Shown here piece by piece: positions 52,101 to 61,429 of a stretch of 64,000 nucleotides of DNA. How positions within the stretch are numbered: the stretch's first letter is position 1; each line of letters starts with the position of its first letter. The translations under genes were made by a program, and so were the position numbers. Source of the DNA: Amoebophrya sp. A120 (Eukaryota; Protista; Dinoflagellata); assembly GCA_905178155.1 (NCBI GenBank), contig CAJINV010000003.1, forward strand, positions 1,359,557 to 1,423,556, in the 5' to 3' direction. The notes beneath the pieces are model-generated. The model worked only from the letters and a program-made list of their open reading frames with translations. It had not been told where the DNA came from and ran no database searches.

Positions 52101-53362
52101 GCGACGGAAAAGAGACCAAGCTGTCGAGGACGACCGCGGTGGCGCAAGGATTTTCGTGCAAAGAGGGCCACGACCAGGGCAGCCTCGCGGGGAGCGGACG
52201 TTCGTGCACGCAAGTCAGCGCAGGGATGAGCAGGGTCGGCGTATCACCAGAGGGACGATTGTTCACGACGAAGACGGATCCACCGCCGGGACAGAAAATG
52301 ATTCGCCAATGCGGGAAGCAAATGAAGAGTCTGCAGTTCTCGCGGAGTTGGTAGGAAATTTGTTGTTTAGTGCGCGGAAGATTTTTACGTAAAGCTAAAG
52401 ACTTTTCTTTGTGATTTTTGAACATGAAGGGAGTTTCTGTTTTTTCGAGCTAAGTCTACTACGCCCAATGAAACAGGTTTCCACCTCTGGCTCTTCGTCA
52501 AGTGCGGGCTCAGCTGATTCGTGCGGAGGGACCAAAGGTGGGTTTCTCGGTAAGCAACGCGACTGCGCTGCTGCCACGAAGGAGGTCACAACGCAGCAGG
52601 ACGCGACCCGAGCGGACGTGGCCGCAAAAGAGGAAGAGACCCCGATGGAGCTAGATGGCGAGGAAGCTCCTGCTCCGCAGGAGATTATGCCAAAGGATCG
52701 CGAGGAGGGGGAGGGGGAGGAGCTTCAAGACGAGGTGTCGGAGGAGACGTGGGCGCGGCGTTGCGCCGCCCGAAGACGCCAAGTCGAGATCGGGCTGCGG
52801 CGTTCGTATGCGAAGAAAAAAGTGTCACAATTACTACACTTTGTGTTGTAAAACATGCAAGGAAGTAGACAAACAACCTCTGTCATGCGCAAAATGCTTG
52901 CAAGCCTCGTTTTGTGTGTGTTTTGCCTTACGATCTCCGCACTGCAAGAGTTTTTTCTGTCATGCAAGGCAAGTTTGTGATGCTGAAACTGAATGCACTA
53001 AAAAACAGTGTGCAGCTGTAACACGTTTTTCCTTGGATACTTCGGAGCATCAGCTTATTGCGCGCATGGACTCGCGGTACTTGCCCGAACCGCCGTCCTG
53101 CACACAGGAATCAGGCTCGAAACGGAAATTTGACCGAGCACTTAGCAGATGGCGGCGCAAAATGCACTTCGTAGCGGATCACATGTCGTTCTTTCACAAA
53201 TACAGCGTGTCGCCCTTGGACGCCAGTTTTTTGTTCGACAAGCTAGAAGCCTGCAAGGGCGGTTATTTCAGCCGCCATTTGGATGAAGCGACTTCACTCA
53301 CCGAGAGCGAGTTTCGAAATCTGATTAGCGAAACATTCAAAGAAGCTCGGTGCCGTTGGTGA
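49162..53362 (+). CDS. Large low-complexity protein with a C-terminal SLBP-type (histone mRNA stem-loop binding) RNA-binding domain; start uncertain
   Basis: ORFs 49162, 50679, 51508 and 52411 join through GT-AG introns. Removing 52807-53039 gives RRRQVEIGLRRSEH...PEPP...SKRKFDRALSRWRRKMHF, matching the SLBP pattern RQKQIxYGK...P.TP...SRRxWD...WRRxLH. Confidence 0.65.
52807..53039. mobile_element. Introner element, family D-like, in the SLBP domain
   Basis: tatgcgaagaaaaaagtgtcaca / tgtaacacgtttttccttggata; TSD gttcg/cttcg; internal tgtcatgc twice and tgtgatgc. Confidence 0.85.
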
Positions 53363-54120
53363 GACATGGTGGTTGTAGTAATCTCTTCATCTTAACTTAC
53401 CTTTTGACCTTTGATAGAATGAAATCGGACTCCTGTTGACTACTTTATTGATTTATTCCAAAGAATACAAAGTAGAAGAAAACCGTATTTTTTTGTGTGT
53501 TGGGGACGGCGATAAGCAGGGCCTTTTTCATCTCCTAGCCATCCTGTTTTTCACCGTTTTGCTTTTGGTTTGTCTGTTTGTGAGACAGATCACACCTCAA
53601 TCATCAACTAGGTTTCAAAATGACCCGTCTGCTAAGCACTAGAAACAGATCTGTCCTTATCAATCACATTTTGCTGACGTCTTCAGGCAACTTTTTCTAG
53701 AATAAAGTCAAGCCAAATTTTATTGCCCGCTTTTCGGACTGTATGAAACTGAAACGAAGCTTCTTGTTATCTTCTGCAGGTAATCGTAATGTTTTGGCCT
53801 GTAATCAATAAAACTCAGCCTCAGTGCAGAATTGCTTTTGGTGTCTTCTCCCTTCTGACACGGTGTGGCGATCCGCTGGTAAGGGAAAGCGTACGTTTGT
53901 CCAGGTACAAATGGGGTTTTCAATCAGTCCTTGCCAACAGAAAACCACTTCGTCGAAAGAAAAGAGCGGAATTAGTGCAAGCGCCTTTCTGTGGTTCCTG
54001 TTTCCGCTGAAAATAATGCTATCGCGCACCAGAATATTCTGTACGAACGAATGTCATTGAGCTATGAGTAGGTACTGGACGTGAGATTGATTATCATAGC
54101 GGAAGGACAAGAACGACAAG

Positions 54121-56790
54121 ATGAGTTGCGCAGTTACGCTTCCTCGTCGTTGTGTTGCGCCCTCAACCGCCGGTGCAGCGGCAGCCGCGGCGAGACTGGC
54201 GCCCGTCGGTGGTCGCATGCAACATGGCGGGTCACAGAGCACGCGAAGCGGCCGAGTCGGTAACGAAAGGGTCGTTGCTTCTTCCTCCACGAGAGGCCTG
54301 CACAGCATGTCGCCAGTGCGACGGAAGCTACCCGTGGCAACGCTGTACGATAAGCTGGAAGGGTATGGGCTGAACTTCTACACCGGCGTGCCCGATTCCT
54401 TGCTGAAAGATTTCTGTGCCTACGTTTCGGATACGTCACAAAATCACGTCATAGCAGCGAACGAGGTACTTACACCTCCACAAGGAAGCTGCTCGTTTTA
54501 TTCAATTTTCTGGACAAAAGTGGAGCTATAACCTGGATTACGCACTTTCTTAGTGTTAATTTCACCTTCGCTGGCCATCAGCATAGTGTGAAACAAGCTC
54601 GTTCATAACTGCCGTATATCTCTATTTCATCTACAGGGGACGGCGATGGCAACGGCTTGCGGCTACCATTTGGCGACCGGGAGTGTGCCGGTGGTGTACC
54701 TTCAGAACAGCGGGTTTGGCAACATAGTAAATCCACTGCTCTCGCTCGTGTCACCCGAGGTCTACAAGGTACCGATGTTGATCCTGATTGGCTGGCGGGG
54801 CGAACTATCAAATGTAAAAGTGTCTGGGTCTGGGAGAGTCATGCTGTTTTTGCATGACGCAGAAGGTCTGGCATGGAAGCGCCAGCATCACAGGTTTCGA
54901 GAAGCCTCCGCAATGCCGAATCCGCATGACAAGTCCCCTATTTTGCTGACAAAAAGTGGGCAGCTTTTGCTACGTATGCATGAGAGACTTTTCTGCGTTC
55001 TGAAATACGCATTACAAGTTGCATTCTTCCAGACCCAGACATTTTTACATTTGATACGAGCCCGGGGTGAAGGACGAGCCGCAGCATAACGTGATGGTAT
55101 TTTGCTACCTTCTATCAAGTGCAAAAATGTCTGAATCTGGAAACTTGTAATGCTAAAAATGAATGATAGACGCACTGCAATACGTAGCTATGAGAGCTTT
55201 TTCGTGCCTATGCAACACAGATTCCCGAGTCATGCCAGACAAGCATGACAAACTTGCATTCTTCCAGACCCAGACATTTTTACATTTGCTACCTTCTATT
55301 TTTGCGATAGAGGAGTTGCGTAAAGCTTTACTCTTCACCCGTCTGTTCTCATGCAAAAAGGCCATTTGCATGCTTCAAAAACTTCAAACTTATTTGTGAG
55401 GAAATAATCCCACAAGAAGTCACGCGGAACGAAAACGAATCCAACAGGGCCGACTGCAGGAGGGGCTCCTCGACGCCGTGGAGCTTCCCTATTCCGTCCT
55501 GCCCGAAGAGCCCGGCCCAGCGTTGGACGCGTGCCTCGCGAAGGCGGTGGAGACGTGCCAGGCCGCCAACAGCCCCTACGCCCTGCTTGTGCGGAAGAAC
55601 GGCTTCGAGAGCTACAAACTGAAGTCCTCCCCCTTTCCCAAGGAGCTGGCAGACAAGTGGAGCAACCCGGACAGTCCGGCGTGCCCGGTGTTGAAGCGGG
55701 AGGACGTGTTGAAGATTTTGGTGCCCTTGATGCGGGAGTGGAGCGTGGTGTCGACCACCGGCGTGCTGTCCCGGGAGCTCTACGAAGTCCGTGAGGCCGC
55801 GCAGGAACCCGTGGGCAGTGACTTTATGTGCGTCGGCAGCATGGGTCACGCGTCGGCCATCGCACACGGCATCGCCTGGGGAGGTGGTTCGAAAAGATTT
55901 TTTTTGACACAGCAAATAAGAACAGATTGGTATCTGTACTAGGCAAGCTGGTCGTTCTTCTTGTTCATTTGCTCTTCGGGAAAAATCATTGTGGCACCAA
56001 TCAGCCTAGAATAAAAACCAAAAATTCTGCTCTTTCTCAGGTAACACTTCTGCCGGCGCGGTCAAGAAGCAGGCGAAGGGCGTGATATGTTTGGACGGTG
56101 ATGGCGCCGCGCTGATGCACATGGGCCAGCTGGCAATCAATGGAACCTACCGCGGCGAGACGAAGTTGCTCCATTTGCTAATCAACAACGGCCTGCACGA
56201 GTCGGTTGGCGGCCAGCCAACCGTCGGGCAGAACATCAACTTTCCGGAGATCGCCAAGGGTTGCGGCTACCAGTACGCCGAGACTGCCACCACGGAGGAG
56301 GAGATCAGCAGCAGGGTAAAGGTACGCATTACAAATGCGTCTGGATCGGGATCTGGAAAAGTGGACGAGCCTGTTCCTGTAATATTGTGTGTCTTGCATT
56401 CCTGTAAAATCTGTATTGGATCATGACCAACTACATCAATAACGCGAGCGCTTTTGTCATGCAAAAACGCAGTTTTCTGAAGTGAATCTCAATCTACATC
56501 TAATGCGCACTACGCATGCGGTTGCGGTTGCGGAAGCGTCCAAAAAAATTGTCATGCTGGACTGCACTCAGGAGTATGCTCAACCTCAATCATCGCCAAG
56601 CAGCATTCTTTCCAGACCCAGAGATATTTGCAGTGGATAGAAGGAGATGCAGAACCTTCCGAGCGGCCAAAGTTCGCTCTTCCTAGAAATCCGTGTTAAA
56701 TCTGGCGTGAAAGAGAACCTCGGGCGGCCGAAGACCTCGCCAGAAGAAAACAAACTCGCGTTCGTCAAAAAGCATTACTCGATGGGATAA
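54121..56790 (+). CDS. aepY: Phosphonopyruvate decarboxylase (ThDP-dependent), ~470 aa including an N-terminal extension
   Basis: Exons 54121-54465, 54637-54804, 55061-55096, 55448-55883, 56041-56321, 56644-56790. Motifs FYTGVPDSLLK, ANEG, GYHLATG, YLQNSGFGN, GWRGEPGVKDEPQH, VGSMGHAS, DGDGAALMHMG, NNGLHESVGGQPT, LGRPKTSPEENK. Confidence 0.93.
54806..55056. mobile_element. Introner element, family B, inside the WRGEPG motif of aepY
   Basis: tatcaaatgtaaaagtgtctgggtctggga / ttccagacccagacatttttacatttgata; TSD cgaac/cgagc. Confidence 0.94.
55113..55291. mobile_element. Family B element nested inside a canonical GT-AG intron (55097-55447)
   Basis: tatcaagtgcaaaaatgtctgaatctggaa / ttccagacccagacatttttacatttgcta; TSD ccttc. 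Confidence 0.9.
56323..56639. mobile_element. Degenerate family B element now bounded by GT-AG (intron 56322-56643)
   Basis: tacgcattacaaatgcgtctggatcgggatctggaaa / tttccagacccagagatatttgcagtggata; TSD aaagg/gaagg; internal tgtcatgc twice. Confidence 0.8.
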
Positions 56791-57320
56791 TAAGTGATGA
56801 GTATGGCGAGTCGTTGTGTTTGTGCTGATTTTAGAGGTCATTCTTATTGGGCGACCACGAGGTTTTTCTTCTTGTCGTTCACAGGGCCACTTGCGTCGTC
56901 GCTCTGCTTGTTGTGTTCCAAGGAAACCCGCGTATCTTTCAGAAGTAGTTCCGTGGAACAACAAGTGCTAAAAGCAGTGCATCTGCAAGTGAACTCATTG
57001 TTTCTTTGTGTCGTCCGTTCCGGCTGTCTTGTGGGTGTCCGTCTTCTTTGCTAAACCACAGTTTTGTGCTTTTTCGCTTGGTTCAACAAGATCGATGTTT
57101 TGATTATCTGCGCGGAACAATACAGTTACAGCCGTGACGAGATCGGCATATCTATGGGGTGCAGCGCCGTTTTGTCTTATTTTCCCGCTTTCGAAAGGTA
57201 GAGCATTAGAAATAGAAAACGAAATACGGGCAACAAGCCTGCGACGTCCAACTCCACTACACTTTCGGTTCGTTTGTTGCTTTGTCTCGTCAACACGAGC
57301 TGAATCTCCCCGTCTTCAAG

Positions 57321-58253
57321 ATGGCGTCCAGTGAGCTGTTTGCAAAACTGAACAAGTGGAAGGACAAGGCGGATCTCACCGCGATAGAGGCGCAGGGGCA
57401 GAGTACGGAGGATAGGTATCTCTACAAAAAGGTAGTTTTTGGATTTCCTAGTAAGTGTGTTTCGCCCCACGTACTTGCTTGAAAAAAGGAAGAATCTTTT
57501 TCTTTTTGATTTGAAAAGAAGAAACATGAAAACAGGGCAAAGTATTGTCGTGCGAGCGACAGCACCGCGAGTACGTCTTCTTCCTTGTCGAATCGAGGAA
57601 CTACTGCCAGCAATGGGAAGAACTGCACGACAGCATCCACGAGCCACCAGGGCGGCAGCTCTAGTAGCACCAGACCTCCTGCTGCCGGACAAGTAGCATT
57701 GCAGCAATTGCCGACTGTGGCCAAGGGCGGAGCGCAGGAGCTTGCCGCGAAACTTGGAAAGTGGAAAACCGCCGCGGAGGAGACCGCACTGGAGAGTACG
57801 ATTGGCGAGACCACGGCGGATGCGAAAAGCACCGATCATATCGACGATAGCAGTAAAACGATCAGCACGCGCGGCAGTCCCACAAGCTGCTGCGAGTCGG
57901 ACAGCAAGGCAAGTACGCCCGCGGAGACAGACGGACAAGGACAAGACCAGCCACAGGACCTTCTGCAAAAATTGTCCAAATGGCGAGATAAGGCCGAAAA
58001 CCAGGGCGAAAAGTACCATGTTGTATAGCACACGACCGGCTCCTTACTTGTTCAGGACTGCATTCATTCCTTTGCGTGTCCTGCGTCATCGAAGACAGAT
58101 CTGAATCTTCTGTCGATTTTGGAACGGATCTATTTTCGGTTTCAATCTCTCAGGTTCGAAAGCGTTCCGACGCAGAGCTGCGTCGACCGTCGGGCAGGCG
58201 ACACTAAGTTGAAAGTAGGCGCAGCTGAGTTTGTCCCGGGCGGATTGAGGTGA
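57321..58253 (+). CDS. Repeat protein with a C-terminal PAM2-like motif, 223 aa
   Basis: Exons 57321-57415, 57536-58012, 58154-58253 (GT-AG). Three repeats ELFAKLNKWKDKAD / ELAAKLGKWKTAAE / DLLQKLSKWRDKAE; ends KLKVGAAEFVPGGLR. Confidence 0.7.
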
Positions 58254-58330
58254 TTATTAGATCCAGACTTGATACATTGATTTGGACCCCACATCTGCTG
58301 ATGGTCTGGTAACCAAAGCGTGCGCAAGCG

Positions 58331-58385
58331 CTCGCAAGAGCGCTTTGCGCGCGGGCTTGCCCGCGCGCAAAGCGCTCTTTGCGAG
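58331..58385. repeat. GC-rich hairpin (21-bp perfect stem, TT loop, plus 5 bp beyond a bulge)
   Basis: aagagcgctttgcgcgcgggc-tt-gcccgcgcgcaaagcgctctt, flanked by ctcgc/gcgag. Confidence 0.9.
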
Positions 58386-58698
58386 ATGCTCATCCATCGC
58401 AAACGCAGCGCGAAGGCTTTGCCGTTACCATATGGGAGGAACTCAGGGGTATGCAATCACTCGCAAAATCGGGCATTATCAAGTGCGTTTTGTCTTCAGA
58501 AAGCGGATCGGGCAGAATTTCTGGGAGTTTTACGGAAAGCAGCCAAAACAGCAATTACCAAGTGGGAAAAGGGTAAAAAAGAGCATTTTTGCAACTCCGC
58601 CCGGTCTGAATCTCAAAAAAGATAGCTTCATTTTCGGCAAGGGCCGATGGTGTAATGCGTTTTATAGCGGAAAATGCGTCACTTCCGGGCAGCTCCGG

Positions 58699-58910
58699 CC
58701 GCTTGAAAATTGAAAAAAAGTGCTTAAAAAGTGTGTTTTTTCACAGCATGCAAGCGGGCGAAAAAATTTACCAAATTCGTCCGGAACCTGGAAGCCGCTT
58801 GAAAATTGAAAAAAAAGACGAAAAAAGTAACATTTTTCGCAGCGTGGAAGCAGCCGGGAGAAAACGCGGATTTTGTCCATGGCGCAGCGGCCGCTTGGTA
58901 ATTGAAAATG
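58699..58910. repeat. Degenerate tandem repeat, 96-bp period
   Basis: ccgcttgaaaattgaaaa at 58699 and 58795, a variant at 58891; tttt-c(a/g)cagc(a/g)tg blocks also ~96 bp apart. Confidence 0.75.
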
Positions 58911-59291
58911 ACAATTTGTGATGAAAAAGCGAAAGCCGCTTGGAAATTCCCGCTCAAGGGCGGTTTTTCAAATTGTCACACGGCCCATACCGTCGAGATT
59001 GGACGAAAAAAAGCAGCCATCAAGCCTGCGGAGGTGTGTCCACCCCCCACGGTTTTCGACCTCTCTGAGGGTCGCAAATTGAAACCCTCCCCCCGCTTAG
59101 AAATGCCCGATTTCGGTGGCCCAAAAGGGCTGCCGGAAATGAAGGAAATGGCGTAACTTTTTGAAGTTTCTGCACTTTACCTGGACAGCGTTCCGCCGTG
59201 CATAACTTCATGCGCGACGGCGCAGTGGCCTTCAGAAAAGGCTTTGCTTTTCAAGGGGCATCGAAAGGATGCCCCGCTGCGAAATAGCAGA

Positions 59292-59438
59292 CCGGATTTC
59301 GCCTTCAATGCTTATCGCAGGAGCCTGCGGGCCGCCGCGGGCGACAGTAGTTGCCCGCGGCCCTTTAGGGCCGCGGGGAAGTGGTGGAGCCCGCGGCGGC
59401 CCGCAGGCTCCTGCGATAAGCTTTGAATGCGAATCCGG
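59292..59438. repeat. ~147-bp GC-rich imperfect palindrome
   Basis: 33-bp perfect arms gcttatcgcaggagcctgcgggccgccgcgggc / gcccgcggcggcccgcaggctcctgcgataagc; inner stem cccgcggccct-tt-agggccgcggg; outer arms ccggatt...aatccgg. Confidence 0.9.
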
Positions 59439-59814
59439 AAGCCCCCGATGACCCGAACAGGTCAGGGCCAGGGGTCAGCTTGCACAAGGTTGGCGGGCCT
59501 TCGCGTTGGCTAGATGTTCGCGCACGCTTTTGGTTACCAATATCGCCCTCCGGGCGCGACCTTAATACTCTTCGTTTGGAGCATGCCTTTCCTCGTAGTT
59601 TTACTTTTTCATCAACAAAATTTATGTCTGTTGTAGCAAAAAAAAAAAAACAGCGAGATGCTCGGCAGAAAAGTCGCAGTTTCGGTGGAGTCCATGGCGA
59701 AGAGCGGGGTGGTTGGATCAGCCACATGGAGCCTGAGCAACGTCCCAGAAGCAGCTGACATGCAATCCGACCAGTTCTCCATGTACTTACTACTAAATTG
59801 CTTTTGATGTTGTC

Positions 59815-60408
59815 GTGCTGGCACGAGATCATGATGAAAAATCTCGAGCCACAAAGAAAGTCAAAGTTAATTACGCCGTCTTTTCAACTAAAGCTCAACA
59901 CCACCTTCATTTTTCCTTCCAAAACTTACCCAGACCAAACCTGGCTGGTGATTGGCAGCTGGAACTGTGCAACAGCGTGGAGGACCAGAGCGTTTTGAAG
60001 TTGACCGGGCCCACCCACGTGGTCGGCGTGCGCGTTTCTTTCTTCGCTGGGAAGCAGCTGCAGATCGCGCAGCCGTGGGGCACGGAAGGAGTGATGACGA
60101 AGGTTTTCAAGAAGCTGACGTCGGATGACGCCGTCGAGGTGGGTATTCGGTGGAAGACGCCGCCGGGCCTGGTGCCACCGCCCGCTGCTAAAAATATTGC
60201 AGCTGCGGCTGCGCCGCAGGATCACGCGCCGGCTGGAGCGGCTGCGCCGTCGCTACAATCGTCGTCCACGGTCTCGCAACAAGCTACTACCGATCATCTT
60301 TCGCGAGGAGCGGACGATGCTGATGCTGCCGAAAAGAAACCAGCCCAGGAACAGCAGACAGCTGAGGAAGCTGAGCCGGACTCTACACGACCAGGTGGCA
60401 CAGAGTAG
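59815..60408 (+). CDS. Hypothetical protein (5' end uncertain)
   Basis: GC-rich coding-like frame from ~59930 with a beta-rich segment and an Ala/Glu-rich tail; no family recognised. Confidence 0.45.
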   Translation: MLARDHDEKSRATKKVKVNYAVFSTKAQHHLHFSFQNLPRPNLAGDWQLELCNSVEDQSVLKLTGPTHVVGVRVSFFAGKQLQIAQPWGTEGVMTKVFKKLTSDDAVEVGIRWKTPPGLVPPPAAKNIAAAAAPQDHAPAGAAAPSLQSSSTVSQQATTDHLSRGADDADAAEKKPAQEQQTAEEAEPDSTRPGGTE

Positions 60409-61429
60409 AATTTGCTTTTTCGTACGAATCTTTGAACTGTGATGTTCTTGAATATCAGCTTCAGCCGTAGTTACTACGCAACCTCCGGGGACGGCTGTGC
60501 ATGCCTTGTGCTTGCCATACGGATGAGCCGAGAGCCAGAAGGACCGACGCGCCGCAGGAAACAACATAACTCCGAGCCAAATAATAGCAGATTCTTTTTT
60601 ACCGATACAATTTTCACGAACAGATTAGTCTTCTTTGTGTCCTCCTCTTACATTTACAGTTTGCTAACTGTTGCTACTTCTTTCATACTGTTACATACTA
60701 CACATTGCAATCTGAATATCCGAAACCGAATGACAAGAAAAATCACCACCACTCGAAGCCCAAGGAATCATCGGTCTCTTTGCATCTAGGAAACCGATCA
60801 TGGACCAAGATGAGAACTATATCTTGCCTACCGTCAAATCTAATGGAAATCTGTAGTACAACCAATGGGGAGGTTGTGTATCTGAATCTTCCTATACACA
60901 ACATCGATTTCTTAGCCATAGCGATAGCCACGTACCGAATGGTCGTACTTTTTTTAAGTCTATCATAGCCGATCCATATAAACACGTTCAAATGCCACCC
61001 TGTCACCACTTCCTGACACCAGAAATGCACATGCCTTCCCTTGCTTCTGTATGATAAGTAGACTTTCCTATGAAATTCGAATTTCGTTTGGGTTCGTTTG
61101 CCTACACGTACACGGACCAGTCGCAGAAGCTAGAAAAGTCCACTGTGTCTCTCCGTCTCGTTTCCGTTTTTCGTCGTGCTGCTTGCACTTGCGTTAAGTA
61201 CTCCGGAGGGTAGGATCAAATAGACCCTGTGTCGTGTGGTAGTACTACTGCCGACACGGTCATTTTGTCGATTTGAGGGGCAGAATGCAGGCTTCCCGGA
61301 TCTTTGTGACCTGCTGTGAAGATGCTCCTAGTCATCAGCAGGAACAGGTGGTTGCGAGTTTGAGGTTTTTAAATTTTTGTGAGAGAACAACGCGTTCTTG
61401 GCTTCCTTTGGTGATTGCGACCCATAATC

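Noticed and set aside
40625-56790. Bacterial contamination or a single HGT island (rhodopsin, purH, aepY)
   Set aside because: All three carry GT-AG introns and host introners and are interleaved with eukaryotic genes; no operon structure.
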